A DNA stretch of 64,000 nucleotides from Nitrospirota bacterium (GTDB taxonomy: Bacteria > Nitrospirota > UBA9217): the NCBI GenBank assembly GCA_963818475.1, contig CAWFSF010000006.1, forward strand, positions 608,001 through 672,000, given 5' to 3'. Position numbers and translations under genes: made by a program. Below the pieces are notes generated by a model. That model was not told the DNA's origin, did no database searches, and saw only the letters and a list, made by a program, of their open reading frames with translations. The first letter of the stretch is position 1. Each line of letters opens with the position of its first letter. Below are positions 9,420-21,331 of this stretch, one piece after another.

Positions 9420-10968
9420 ATGACTCGATCCCTCATGATCCAGGGCACCGGCTCCGGTGTCGGGAAAAGCGTGCTCTGTGCGGCGTTATGCCGCATTTTT
9501 TATCAGGACGGACTGGTTGTCGCGCCGTTTAAAAGCCAGAACATGTCGCTCAATTCTTATGTCACCCGCGATGGCCTGGAAATGGCCCGTTCCCAGGTGG
9601 TGCAGGCGGAGGCCGCATGCATCGAACCATCCGTGGATATGAACCCTATCCTGCTGAAACCGAGCTCAGATACCGCATGCCAGGTGATCCTCCAGGGAAA
9701 AGTTGAGGGGAATTATTCCGCGAACGCGTATGGCCGGTATGTTCACGACGCCTGGGCAGCGGTGTGCGACAGCTATCAACGTCTTGCCCGGCAGTATGAG
9801 GTTATCCTGATCGAAGGTGCTGGCAGCCCTGCCGAGGTCAATCTGAAGGACCGCGATATCGTGAACATGCGGACCGCGGAGATGGCCGGTGCGCCGGTGC
9901 TCCTGGCCGCCGACATCGACAAGGGGGGAGTTTTTGCTTCCCTGATCGGCACCCTCGAACTGCTTGAACCCCATGAGCGGCAGCGTATCAAGGGTTTCCT
10001 GATCAACAAGTTTCGCGGCGATGTTTCTCTTCTTTCGCCCGGCATCGATTTTCTCGAAAAAAGGACCGGCATTCCCGTACTCGGCGTCATCCCGTACTTC
10101 AAGGACATTTACATCCAGGAAGAAGATGGGGTCGTGCTGGAAAATGGCGGTTGTCACGGAATGAAATCCGCAATCCGCAATCCGCAATCCGCAATTGATA
10201 TTGTTGTTCTCCATCTGCCTCACATATCGAACTTCACCGATCTCGATGCTCTTGCCGCTGAGCCGGGCGTACAGGTCAGGTATACGCGTGAGCCCGCTGA
10301 ATTGACGGGCGCCGATGTGGTGGTCATCCCCGGCAGCAAAAATACCATCAGCGACTTGCTGTATCTGCGGGAAACAGGCCTGGAACAGGGGGTCAGGGAA
10401 TATGCCGCTGCGGGCGGCATGGTTGTCGGCATCTGCGGCGGGTACCAGATGCTGGGGCTTACGATCAACGACCCTTTTATGATCGACGGCGACGTGCGGG
10501 AAGCTGACGGCATGGGACTGCTTGCCGGTCACGACGGTGATGCAGAAGGAGAAGCAGACCGTACAGGTCACGGCCAGAACGTTTGCATCGACTCTCTGGG
10601 ACGGCAATATCGAACTGCGCGGATATGAGATCCACATGGGGAGAACAAAGAAAAAACCGGGGGTCTTGCCCGCCTTCCAGGTTCGCTACGCTGATGAATC
10701 ACGAGAGGACGGCGCGCAGTCGCTGGACTTACGGGTATGGGGGACCTATCTTCATGGTTTGTTCGACAGCGATGCTTTCAGGAAAAGTTTCCTGAACGGG
10801 GTCCGCCTGCACAAAGGGATAGCGGCTTCACCGGTGAGTTCTTACGAACAACTTAAACAGGATGGTTTCGAAAAACTGGCCGCCACGGTACGGGCAAGCC
10901 TTGATATGCAAAAGATACATGCGATCCTGCAGCGCGGTGACGGGGCGCCCTCGGGTAGGTTGCTGTGA
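9420..10968 (+). CDS. cobQ: Cobyric acid synthase (frameshift near 10522, probably a sequencing error)
   Basis: QGTGSGVGKS, PFKSQNMSLNS, EGAGSPAEVNL, GICGGYQMLG, then GYEIHMG and GTYLHG in a second frame. Confidence 0.9.
10164..10195 (+). repeat. Heptamer tandem array (MAATCCG)4 inside cobQ
   Basis: AAATCCG CAATCCG CAATCCG CAATCCG CAAT, encoding KSAIRNPQSAI in the inter-domain linker. Confidence 0.85.
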
Positions 10969-11930
10969 TCGCCATGCCCGCCATGGTGATCCTGTGCGCT
11001 TTTTTCCTGGACCTGGTCCTGGGAGACCCCCGGTGGCTGCCCCATCCGGTCCGCGGCATAGGCTGGCTGATACTGAGGGTAGAGAGGGTCCTCAGGCGCT
11101 TCACCCGGTCACCGGGATCCGAGAAAAGAGCCGGTGTTCTTCTGGTCGTGTTGATTGTTTTTTCGGTGTATGGGGCCTCCGCACTGCTCCTTTTCTTCGC
11201 TTCCTCCTGGTCATCAATGCTGGGCTTCATCATCGCTGTGCTTCTGGCCTATACAACGCTGGCGGCGCGGGACCTGTCGGGGTCGGCGAGGGCCGTTCTT
11301 GTTCATCTGAAAGGCGGTGATCTCGCCGGGGCACGGCATGCCCTGTCGATGATCGTGGGAAGGGACACTGCGGACCTCGATGAACAAGGTATCACCAGGG
11401 CCGTGGTCGAGACCGTGGCCGAGAACGCTTCCGATGGCGTCATTGCTCCGCTCTTCTATCTCGCACTCGGCGGGCCTGCACTTGCCATGGCGTATAAGGC
11501 CGTGAACACGCTCGATTCCATGATAGGGTACAAGAACGTTGTGTATAAGAACTTCGGCTGGGCAGCGGCCAGGCTGGATGACCTGGCGAACTTCATCCCG
11601 GCGCGCATTACGGCTGTACTGCTCTCCCTGGCAGCTTGGTGCCTGCCCGGCGCGTCCGGCTGGGATGCTTTCCGCATAAGCCTTCGTGACGGCCGAAAGC
11701 ACGCGAGCCCCAACAGCGGTTATCCCGAGGCAGCGGTGGCAGGGGCGCTCGGTTTGCGGCTCGGCGGGCCGAGCGCCTATGGAGGGCTGGTTTTGGATAA
11801 GCCCTCTATCGGCGATGGAATGCGAGATTTTGACAAAAAATGTATTGAAAAGTCCATTCGGTTAATGTATTGTGCTTCCACATTTGCGGTGCTGGCGGCG
11901 GTATTTGCGGCACAAAGGTCGTCTGGATAA
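10965..11930 (+). CDS. cbiB: Adenosylcobinamide-phosphate synthase CbiB/CobD
   Basis: LGDPRWLPHPV, VGRDT, ENASDG, YKAVNTLDSMIGY, SPNSG. Confidence 0.92.
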   Translation: MIAMPAMVILCAFFLDLVLGDPRWLPHPVRGIGWLILRVERVLRRFTRSPGSEKRAGVLLVVLIVFSVYGASALLLFFASSWSSMLGFIIAVLLAYTTLAARDLSGSARAVLVHLKGGDLAGARHALSMIVGRDTADLDEQGITRAVVETVAENASDGVIAPLFYLALGGPALAMAYKAVNTLDSMIGYKNVVYKNFGWAAARLDDLANFIPARITAVLLSLAAWCLPGASGWDAFRISLRDGRKHASPNSGYPEAAVAGALGLRLGGPSAYGGLVLDKPSIGDGMRDFDKKCIEKSIRLMYCASTFAVLAAVFAAQRSSG

Positions 11931-11948
11931 CCGCAATCCAATTTTACC

Positions 11949-11976
11949 TTGACAAAAACTGTGGCTGTGCTATAAG
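11949..11976 (+). promoter_or_regulatory. Putative sigma70 promoter for metK
   Basis: TTGACA-N16-TATAAG with an extended TG. Confidence 0.5.
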
Positions 11977-12016
11977 AACGAAATTTTTAAGGTCTTAAAG
12001 GCCGGGAGGGCAACAG

Positions 12017-13177
12017 ATGAGCAGTATTAATAAGAATTATCTCTTTACCTCGGAATCGGTAACCGAGGGGCATCCGGATAAAATAGCCGACCAGATCTCG
12101 GATGCGGTGCTTGATGCGCTGCTTGCGCAGGATCCCATGAGCCGGGTGGCCTGCGAGACGCTCTTGACCACCGGTCTTGCCATGGTGGCAGGAGAGATCA
12201 CGACCAAGGGGTATGTTGAGATCCCCGATATCGTCCGTCAGACCATCAAGGACATCGGTTACACCCGGGCAAAGTACGGGTTCGATTCCGAGACCTGCGC
12301 AGTCATCACCTCGGTCCATTCCCAGTCGCCTGATATTGCCATGGGCGTGGACACGGGAGGCGCCGGAGACCAGGGCCTCATGTTCGGTTATGCCTGCGAT
12401 GAGACGCCGGAACTGATGCCCATGACCATCATGCTCGCACACAAGCTTACCCGCCGCCTTTCAGAAGTGCGGAAGAAGGAGATCCTTCCTTATCTGAGGC
12501 CGGACGGCAAGTCCCAGGTGACCATCGAATACCGGGACGGCAAGCCCTACCGGCTCCATACCATCGTGGTCTCGTCCCAGCACAGCCCCGATGTGACGCT
12601 CAAGCAGCTGCGCAAGGAGATCATCGAGAAGGTGATCCTTCCGGTGCTCCCGAAGAAACTGCTCGATGAGAAGACCATTATCTATCACATCAACCCCACC
12701 GGCAGGTTCGTGACCGGCGGCCCCATGGGCGATACCGGCCTCACGGGCCGCAAGATCATCGTGGATACCTACGGCGGCGTGGGAAGCCACGGCGGCGGCT
12801 GCTTCTCGGGCAAGGACCCGACGAAGGTCGACCGTTCGGCATCCTACATGGCCCGTTATGTTGCCAAGAACATCGTGGCAGCCGGGCTCTGCACCGAGGT
12901 CGAGGTCCAGCTGGCCTATGCCATCGGCGTTCCCGAGCCGGTCTCCATCCATGTCGACGATTTCGGCACGGGCAAGATCCACCATGACAAGCTCGTCTCG
13001 ATCATCAGGAAGAACTTCGACATGACGCCCAAGGGCATCGTGAAGACGCTGAACCTGAGGCGGCCTATTTACAAGAAGACCGCGGCCTATGGCCACTTCG
13101 GCAGGACCGAGCCTGAGTTTACCTGGGAAAAAACGGACAAAGCCGCGAAGCTCAAAAAGGACGCGGGAGTGAAATGA
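12017..13177 (+). CDS. metK: S-adenosylmethionine synthetase
   Basis: [34 protein letters not shown]. Confidence 0.97.
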   Translation: MSSINKNYLFTSESVTEGHPDKIADQISDAVLDALLAQDPMSRVACETLLTTGLAMVAGEITTKGYVEIPDIVRQTIKDIGYTRAKYGFDSETCAVITSVHSQSPDIAMGVDTGGAGDQGLMFGYACDETPELMPMTIMLAHKLTRRLSEVRKKEILPYLRPDGKSQVTIEYRDGKPYRLHTIVVSSQHSPDVTLKQLRKEIIEKVILPVLPKKLLDEKTIIYHINPTGRFVTGGPMGDTGLTGRKIIVDTYGGVGSHGGGCFSGKDPTKVDRSASYMARYVAKNIVAAGLCTEVEVQLAYAIGVPEPVSIHVDDFGTGKIHHDKLVSIIRKNFDMTPKGIVKTLNLRRPIYKKTAAYGHFGRTEPEFTWEKTDKAAKLKKDAGVK

Positions 13178-13207
13178 TTGCGGATTTCGGAATTCGGATT
13201 GCGGATT
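13177..13207 (-). repeat. Heptamer tandem array, reverse orientation, abutting the metK stop
   Basis: ATTGCGG ATTTCGG AATTCGG ATTGCGG ATT. Confidence 0.8.
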
Positions 13208-13245
13208 AAAAAATCTGAATCTATTCTGCAGAGAATGAAAATTAT

Positions 13246-13271
13246 GTAGGGGCAGCCCTGTGTGGCTGCCC
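13246..13271 (+). repeat. GTAG-type REP palindrome
   Basis: GTAG followed by hairpin GGGCAGCC-CTGTGT-GGCTGCCC. Confidence 0.6.
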
Positions 13272-13295
13272 TCATATATTGTGAGACTTATACTA

Positions 13296-13384
13296 TCCCG
13301 TCGAGGGGCGCTGCAGCAGTCACCGCAAGGTGGGTCTGTCAGGCTCGATGGGGTGCTTCAACAGGTAGCAACGGCGCCCATTCA
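13296..13384 (+). promoter_or_regulatory. SAH riboswitch
   Basis: CCGTCGAGGGGCGCTGCAGC...CAGGCTCGATGG...CAACGGCGCCCA; P1 and pseudoknot pairings are complementary; immediately upstream of ahcY. Confidence 0.88.
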
Positions 13385-13405
13385 TTAACCTGAATGGAGA
13401 GCTAT

Positions 13406-14803
<1,398 letters not shown>

Positions 14804-14944
14804 GCGGGCAGTTACCTTGCTTCGTGGGAGATGGGAACGTAGGACGAAAATAGTAATCAGGAGACAGTAGCCAGGAGCCAGGAGGAACGGGTAAAGAATA
14901 AGAGATTATTCTGTATTCCGACTCCTGGCTCTTGTTTTTGATAC

Positions 14945-15808
14945 ATGAAAAATTATTTAAAGATCGTCCTGGCCATGTTCATCTGGAGCACCTGGGGACT
15001 GCTGATCCGCTGGATGGCGCTTCCTCCGGTCGTGGTCCTTTTCTACACGTCGCTTATCGCCGGGATCGTTGTGCCTGTTGTCCTGAAGGTGAGGGGGGAT
15101 TTTCCGAACGCGGTCTTCAACCTGGACTTCTGGTATCTGTATGTCGGGCTGGCACTTGCCTCGATGCTGAACAATCTTACGTATTTTTTTGCGCTGGGTC
15201 ATACAACGGTTTCCAACGCCATCTTTACCCACTACACCGCGCCGGTGATCGTGGCCGCGCTCGCGCCGTTCATGATCGCAGAGCGTCTGCAGCGGGTGAC
15301 GCTGATCTCGCTGCCGATAGCAGCAGCGGGTATGGCCATGATCGTTCTTGCCAATGGAGGGCTCAGCCTGAGCAGTGCACATCTGCCCGGCATCCTGGCG
15401 GGCACCGCGTCGGGTGTGGGATATGCGTTTGTCATCATCTTTTCCCGAAAACTGAGCCAGTTGCTGCTTCACCAGAAAGCGATCATTGTACTGCTCTGGA
15501 TAACGATCATCGCTACGGCCCCGGCAGCGCTGTCCGTGGAGCATACGATCGGCATGCGCTCCGGGATGCTGTTGTTGATAACGGGGCTGCTTCACTCTAC
15601 GACGGCGCCGCTCCTGTATTTCAGCGCCCTGCGGAAGGTGCTGGCCCAGCATGCCGCGATCCTCGGGTATATTGAGCCCCTTGCCGCCCTCCCACTTGCC
15701 TTTCTGTTTCTGGCTGAAACGCCCCCCGTGGCTGCTTTGATCGGCGGCTTACTCATTCTTCTCTCCGGCGCTCTTGTCATGCGTGCACATGAAGGACGAC
15801 CTGAATAA
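14945..15808 (+). CDS. EamA/DMT family transporter
   Basis: About 10 TM helices in two repeats; YTAPV and GYIEPL motifs. Confidence 0.85.
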   Translation: MKNYLKIVLAMFIWSTWGLLIRWMALPPVVVLFYTSLIAGIVVPVVLKVRGDFPNAVFNLDFWYLYVGLALASMLNNLTYFFALGHTTVSNAIFTHYTAPVIVAALAPFMIAERLQRVTLISLPIAAAGMAMIVLANGGLSLSSAHLPGILAGTASGVGYAFVIIFSRKLSQLLLHQKAIIVLLWITIIATAPAALSVEHTIGMRSGMLLLITGLLHSTTAPLLYFSALRKVLAQHAAILGYIEPLAALPLAFLFLAETPPVAALIGGLLILLSGALVMRAHEGRPE

Positions 15809-15941
15809 CAGTATCGCTGAATACGCTAGCCTGCTACAGCCTTTCCTCTAATCAAGAAAATTGCCCTGTACTCATATTGACTCGTATCGTCCCGCGATTC
15901 CAGCCGGCGATCAAGTCGATGAGAAGACCACAAAATAATAC

Positions 15942-15994
15942 TTGACAGAATTACTCCTGTATTGTACTCTTATATCAATTAGAACAATTCTAAT
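15942..15994 (+). promoter_or_regulatory. Sigma70 promoter followed by a Fur/PerR-like operator
   Basis: TTGACA(15942)-N17-TACTCT, then perfect inverted repeat ATTAGAA-CAA-TTCTAAT (15978-15994). Confidence 0.6.
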
Positions 15995-16014
15995 GCAAAG
16001 AGGAGGGACCTTCT

Positions 16015-16470
16015 ATGTGTATGGATCATTCAGTGCGCTGTCATTGTGGAGCAAAAACAGCCAGTCTCCAGTTTAAAGATTCTCTGCTTCCTCAGGAAGT
16101 GATCACGGACCTGCGGTGCCCGCTGTGTTCTGAAGGAGTTGCCTTCGATCCCCGATCCATGGTTCGCGATAATGGCTGGATGATCGCCTATAATATGGAG
16201 GTTGCCAGGTTCATGCTGAGCCATATTCCCGCTCCAACAGGGGGCATAACGCCGGAATTCCTGTTTGACGAAGGCTATGGCACCTGGCGCAGTATGACGC
16301 CGACAGACGGCATTGATTCTGTTCGTGAACGTGAGCAGATCCTGCAGTACGCAAAAACAGACCCGAAGCGCTATTTTGAGGAACTGCGCTCCTGGGGTAC
16401 CGCCAGGATGGCACGGCTGGCGCAGGAAGGCTGGAGAAAAGCTCGCGAAGCGTCTGAAGTGAACTCATAA
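16015..16470 (+). CDS. Hypothetical protein with N-terminal Cys cluster (C, CxC, CxxC)
   Basis: GAGGAGG RBS, promoter upstream, MCMDHSVRCHCG...CPLC. Confidence 0.7.
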   Translation: MCMDHSVRCHCGAKTASLQFKDSLLPQEVITDLRCPLCSEGVAFDPRSMVRDNGWMIAYNMEVARFMLSHIPAPTGGITPEFLFDEGYGTWRSMTPTDGIDSVREREQILQYAKTDPKRYFEELRSWGTARMARLAQEGWRKAREASEVNS

Positions 16471-16917
16471 CGTGCTGCAGAGATCATAACTCTGACTATC
16501 CGAACGGGTGTCGATATGTATAAAACTGATCTCAATGATCGCGAACTGGCGGGCAGAAATGCAGGAGAATATCTCCAGCAAACGCTCATGCTTACCCCGA
16601 ACGCTGATTCCTGCCTGCCTTCCCACCCGGAGGTTATTTGCCGGAAGGAGGGAACAGCATTGCTCGAACTGGAGAGTATCATTCGTAAACAGCTCGAAAC
16701 TGCTTGCCAGTGCATCTGTTCCTTGAACGATAAAACGAATAAACGCTGTAAACCGCCGCTCAAATGAAAAGAGCCAGTCCTGTTTTTCTATCTCGATGTT
16801 GCACTTTGTTCATTTTAAGCTATACTTTCTTTACAGGAGGTGCGAGTCGGACCTTTTGGACCGGTATATGAATCGCGATCCTGAACTACTACCTGATGAA
16901 CAGCGAAAGGAGAGCGT

Positions 16918-17250
16918 ATGAAAAGAGGGCTTATTACCGCGATGTTTGCTGTTGCAGCAGCGGGGAGCATATCAGTGATGTTTGCAGGAGGTGCCGAAGC
17001 GGCACAACAGACTGGAGAGGCGCTCTTTAAGCAACATTGTGCGGTTTGTCACGTGGATGGAGGGAATCTGATCACACCCCAAAAAACACTTCACCAGAAA
17101 GACCGCGAAAAAAATAACATAAAGACCACCGAAGCTATCATAAAAACCATGAGAAATCCCGGGCCAGGAATGACGCAATTCAACGAAAAAACGATTCCTG
17201 AAAAAGATGCAAAAGCGATCGCTGAGTACATTCTGAAAACCTTCAAATAA
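16918..17250 (+). CDS. Periplasmic monohaem class I cytochrome c (c6/c553-like)
   Basis: Signal peptide, CAVCH haem motif, distal Met in PGPGM, AGGAG RBS. Confidence 0.88.
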   Translation: MKRGLITAMFAVAAAGSISVMFAGGAEAAQQTGEALFKQHCAVCHVDGGNLITPQKTLHQKDREKNNIKTTEAIIKTMRNPGPGMTQFNEKTIPEKDAKAIAEYILKTFK

Positions 17251-17260
17251 CACTACCTCA

Positions 17261-17289
17261 GCAGGGGAGGGGTCATTTTCCTTCCCTGC
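17261..17289 (+). terminator. Possible terminator hairpin after the cytochrome c gene
   Basis: GCAGGGGAGG...CCTTCCCTGC stem; no clear U-tract. Confidence 0.35.
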
Positions 17290-17402
17290 CATCCTCCTCC
17301 TGCCCCCGTCTGTTTTATTCATCTTGCTGCAGAGCCGCCTTTTACCTATAATGCTGACAATGGGTAACCTTCACCACGTTTCAGTAACCGGGGGCTGTTC
17401 TC

Positions 17403-18335
17403 ATGAAGTTGTTCGTGCTTTCTCTTTCTTTAGTGATCGCATTCGGTGCGCAGAAAGCTCAGGCGACGCAGGAATTGCCGCTCTGGGAAGTTGGTGCTGG
17501 ATTTACCGGACTGAGCCTGCCGGAATATCGGGGAGCTGATCATCAGCTCGTTTTTCTGCTCCCGCTGCCTTATCTCGTCTATCGCGGAAAACTGCTGAGG
17601 GTCGACCGGAAGGGTATAAACAGCCTTCTGTTCGAATCCGACCGCGTGCGGCTGAATATGAGCTTTGATGCCGGCGCTCCGGTCAAGAGCCGCGGGAACA
17701 GTGAACGCGCGGGCATGAGCGACCTTGATCCGTCGGTCCAGTTTGGGCCCTCTCTTGAGGTTTGCCTGGTGCACGATTGCACCGGTGACAGCGTCCTGCA
17801 ATTCAGGCTTCCCGTACGCGCGGTCTACGCAGTACAATTCATTCGCATGCACGGAACCGGCTTCGTAACTAATCCCCAGCTTAATTTTGATGTAAAAAAC
17901 GTCGGCGGCGACGGATGGAACATCGGTGCGGCTATCGGGCCGCTTTTTGCAACCGAGAGGTACCATGACTATTACTATGAGGTGGCTCCGCAGTTCTCGG
18001 TCCCGGGCAGCAGGCCGGCCTATGATGCCCGCGGCGGCTACAGTGGAACGCTTGCGATCCTGTCCTTGAGCAAGCGTTTCGATCGCCACTGGTTCGGATC
18101 CTTTATCCGCTACGATAACCTCTCCGGCGCTGTGTTCGAAGACAGTCCGCTTGTCCGGACGCGCCATGCCTTTCTGTTCGGATTCGGCATTGCATGGGTC
18201 ATCGACCAGTCACTCACGCTTGTACAGCGAGTGAATGCAATGGTCTCTGAAAATCCTATGATCAGCGCCTGCCTTGACATTCTTCATAGCTGGAGATACC
18301 GTTCAGGTAAAGCCATCATCATGAAAAAACTTTAA
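17403..18335 (+). CDS. MipA/OmpV family outer membrane protein
   Basis: LPLWEVGAG..PEYRGAD..LPLPYLVYRG, YHDYYYEV, DSPLV; 3' end may be extended by an indel. Confidence 0.75.
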   Translation: MKLFVLSLSLVIAFGAQKAQATQELPLWEVGAGFTGLSLPEYRGADHQLVFLLPLPYLVYRGKLLRVDRKGINSLLFESDRVRLNMSFDAGAPVKSRGNSERAGMSDLDPSVQFGPSLEVCLVHDCTGDSVLQFRLPVRAVYAVQFIRMHGTGFVTNPQLNFDVKNVGGDGWNIGAAIGPLFATERYHDYYYEVAPQFSVPGSRPAYDARGGYSGTLAILSLSKRFDRHWFGSFIRYDNLSGAVFEDSPLVRTRHAFLFGFGIAWVIDQSLTLVQRVNAMVSENPMISACLDILHSWRYRSGKAIIMKKL

Positions 18336-18510
18336 TATTTTCGAAAAAAAGACTTGTTCCCGTATCAATGGAGTCGGCTCTCTGTTCGTATCTTGATTAA
18401 CGTCCTCCACAAAAAAGACAGTTTGCGGAAAGTAGGAGAGTTTATAAACCACGCAATCGATATTAGCTTAATTAAAATATTTGTTTGACGAACTGTAAAG
18501 TCATGATATT

Positions 18511-18531
18511 TATGCTACAATTAGTAGCATA
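18511..18531. promoter_or_regulatory. Palindromic operator candidate upstream of the hydrogenase operon
   Basis: TATGCTAC-AATTA-GTAGCATA perfect 8-bp arms just after a TTGACG/-10-like region. Confidence 0.5.
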
Positions 18532-18617
18532 CAGAGAGGCAATACTTGCTTCAGACTTCATAATCACAAGCGATTCCAGTCCAGACCTTTTGCTTAACAT
18601 AAAGAAGGAGGAGGCTT

Positions 18618-19727
18618 ATGGGAAAGAACGATGAAGTGAGTAAGCAGTTCCTTGATGCACTGGAGTTTCATGGTCTCAAACGAAGAGATTTTCTAAAGTA
18701 CTGTGGTGCAACAGCCGCCCTTCTTGGCCTCTCAGAAGCATTTATCCCTAAAATAGCTGCAGCGTTGGAAAAAGCATCCAAGAGACAACCTGTCATTTGG
18801 CTCAATTTCGCATCCGATTCAGGATGCACCGAAGCCTTCGTAAAGGCAACCTACCCCAGTCCTGCGGAGGTCATCCTTGATATTCTGAGCGTTGATTACA
18901 ACGAGACTATCATGGCTGCGGCCGGTAAGCAGTCTGAAGAGATTCTGGCTAAGTCCCGGAAAGACGGCGGCTACATCCTGATCGTTGAGGGCGGCATACC
19001 CACGAAAAAAGGCCACGGCATGATCGGCAACAAGGAGATGCTCGAGGTCTTCAAGGAAAATGCTGCGCCAGCCATCGCGGTCCTTGCCATCGGCAGTTGT
19101 GCTACAGACGGTGGTGTGCCGGCGGCCAAGCCTAATCCTTCCCAGATCATCGGGACCGCAGAAGCCCTCAAACGGGTCGGCCTCAACAAGCCGCTGGTCA
19201 ACCTCGACCTCTGCCCCGTTAACCCGCAATATCTTGTAGGTGTGGTTGTAAACTTTCTGCTCCTGGGAAAGCTGCCCGAGCTGGACAAATTCGGCCGGCC
19301 CCTCATGTTCTATGGCCAGACAATACATGACAATTGTGAACGCAGGGCGCACTTTGATGCCGGCAGGTTCGTGGAAAAGTTCGGCTCCAACGAGGAAGCC
19401 CTCAATTATTGTCTGTACAAGGTGGGCTGCAAGGGTCCCATGACCTGGTCGGCATGTCCGAAGATCCAGTACAACGACAGGACGAGCTGGTGCATCAAAG
19501 CAGGCGGGCCCTGCATCGGATGCGCTGAGCGGGGCTGGACCGATAAGTTCGCCGGGTTCTATGAGCGGCTCCCCGGGGTCAAGATTCCCGGCTTGGGAGG
19601 CGTTGAGGCTGGCGCGGATACACTCGGTGCGATAGCCGCCGTTGCAACGGCGGCAGGTATCGCGGTGCATGCCGTGGCCACTGCGGCATCAGGCAGGACC
19701 AAGGAAAAAGACGGAGGTAAAAAATAA
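18618..19727 (+). CDS. Group 1 [NiFe]-hydrogenase small subunit (Tat signal, C-terminal anchor)
   Basis: KRRDFLKYC Tat motif; GSCATDGG; HDNCER; CLYKVGCKGP; PCIGC; hydrophobic tail with His. Confidence 0.95.
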   Translation: MGKNDEVSKQFLDALEFHGLKRRDFLKYCGATAALLGLSEAFIPKIAAALEKASKRQPVIWLNFASDSGCTEAFVKATYPSPAEVILDILSVDYNETIMAAAGKQSEEILAKSRKDGGYILIVEGGIPTKKGHGMIGNKEMLEVFKENAAPAIAVLAIGSCATDGGVPAAKPNPSQIIGTAEALKRVGLNKPLVNLDLCPVNPQYLVGVVVNFLLLGKLPELDKFGRPLMFYGQTIHDNCERRAHFDAGRFVEKFGSNEEALNYCLYKVGCKGPMTWSACPKIQYNDRTSWCIKAGGPCIGCAERGWTDKFAGFYERLPGVKIPGLGGVEAGADTLGAIAAVATAAGIAVHAVATAASGRTKEKDGGKK

Positions 19728-21320
19728 TGGCCAGGATAACCATAGACCCCTTTACCAGAATTGAAGGACACCTCCGGATCGATGTCGAGATCGAAGGCGG
19801 CAAGGTCAAGGATGCATGGACCACCGGCACCCTGTTCCGGGGATTCGAGATCATCCTGCAGGGAAGGGACCCGCGGGACGCCTGGCATATTACGCAGCGG
19901 ATCTGCGGAGTCTGTCCTACCTCCCACGGCCATGCATCGTCAATGAGCATGGACGATGCTTTCAAAATCAAGCCTCCGGACAACGGCCGGATCATCAGGA
20001 ACATCATCGAAGGCGCCCAGTTCGTTCACTCCCATATTCTCTGGTTCTACCATTTGAACGCACTGGATTATGTTGATGTGGTTTCGGCATTGAACGCACA
20101 GCCAAAAGAGGCGTCACTTATAAAAGGTACAGGCTAAGCTGAAGTCTTTTGTCGATTCCGAACAACTCGGCCCCTTCGCGAACGCTTATTGGGGGCACCC
20201 GGCATATAAGCTGACGCCGGAGGTGAACCTCATTGCCGTGGCCCACTATCTGGAAGCACTCGAGATGCAGGCAAAGGCGGCCCAGGTGAGCGCACTCTTC
20301 GGCGGCAGGATGCCGATGACCATGACGAGCCCTCCGGGAGGCGTAACGCATGTGCCGACCGTGGACGACCTGAAGAACTATCTCTTCAGGGTCAAAGAGC
20401 TTCAGGACTGGATCGATAACGTGTTCATCGCCGATCTGCTGGCCATTGCACCGTTCTACATCGGCGCTGCAGGGGTGGGCAAAGGTCCGGCGAATTTCCT
20501 GTCCTGGGGCGTGTTCGAGGATGCTTCCTATGATCCTAAAAAGCGGCTGCTGCCCCGCGGAGCGATATTTGCTTCTGATTTTCCGAAGGTGCACGATGCC
20601 AAGCCGGAAGATGTCATGGAGCATACGGCCCACAGCTGGTATAAAGGCGGAAAGCCGCTCAACCCGGCTGTCGGCGTGACCGATCCGGAATACACGGAAT
20701 ACGATCCGAACAAGAAATATACCTGGGCCAAAGCGCCGCGTCTCCAGGGCAAGCCCATGGAGGTCGGCGCCCTGGCGCGCATGGTCGTTGCCTACGCTTC
20801 CGGCCAGCCTACGGCAAAGAAACTGATTGATGACACCCTGGCGAAACTCAAACATCCGGGACACCCTGAAGTGCTCTTCGGTATCATCGGCAGAATTGCG
20901 GCGCGGGCGCTGGAATGCAAGATGGTCGCTGACAATATGTATCAGTGGGGCATCGATATCATCGAAAACATCAAAAAGGGAAATGCGAAGGTGTATACCG
21001 ATTACAAAATCCCCGACAAAGCGCAGGGCATCGGACTCTGGGAAGCGCCGCGCGGTGCACTCGGACACTGGATCGATGTGGAAGGAAAGAGGATCAAGAA
21101 CTACCAGTGTGTGGTGCCAACGACCTGGAACGTCTGCCCGCGGGACGACAACGGGGTGCGCGGACCGATCGAAGAAGCGCTCATCGGGACGGCGGTGGCC
21201 GATGCGGAGAAGCCGCTGGAGGTCATGCGCGTGGTGCATTCCTTCGACCCGTGCCTTGCCTGTACGGTGCATGTGATCCATCCTGAATCCAACCGCATTA
21301 TGGACTTCAAGGTCTCGTGA
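19727..21320 (+). CDS. Group 1 [NiFe]-hydrogenase large subunit (frameshift near 20125)
   Basis: RIEGH, L1 RICGVC, L2 DPCLACTVH plus cleavable tail; removing one A in TAAAAGG restores VQAKLKSFVDSEQLGPFANAYWGHP. Confidence 0.93.
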
Positions 21321-21331
21321 GGGAGGACATC

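Noticed and set aside
16508-16767. Small ORFs between the Cys-rich gene and the cytochrome c
   Set aside because: No convincing RBS or recognisable motif; two overlapping frames are equally weak.
21240-21275. Selenocysteine ([NiFeSe]) hydrogenase
   Set aside because: L2 motif is DPCLAC with Cys codons; no in-frame TGA.
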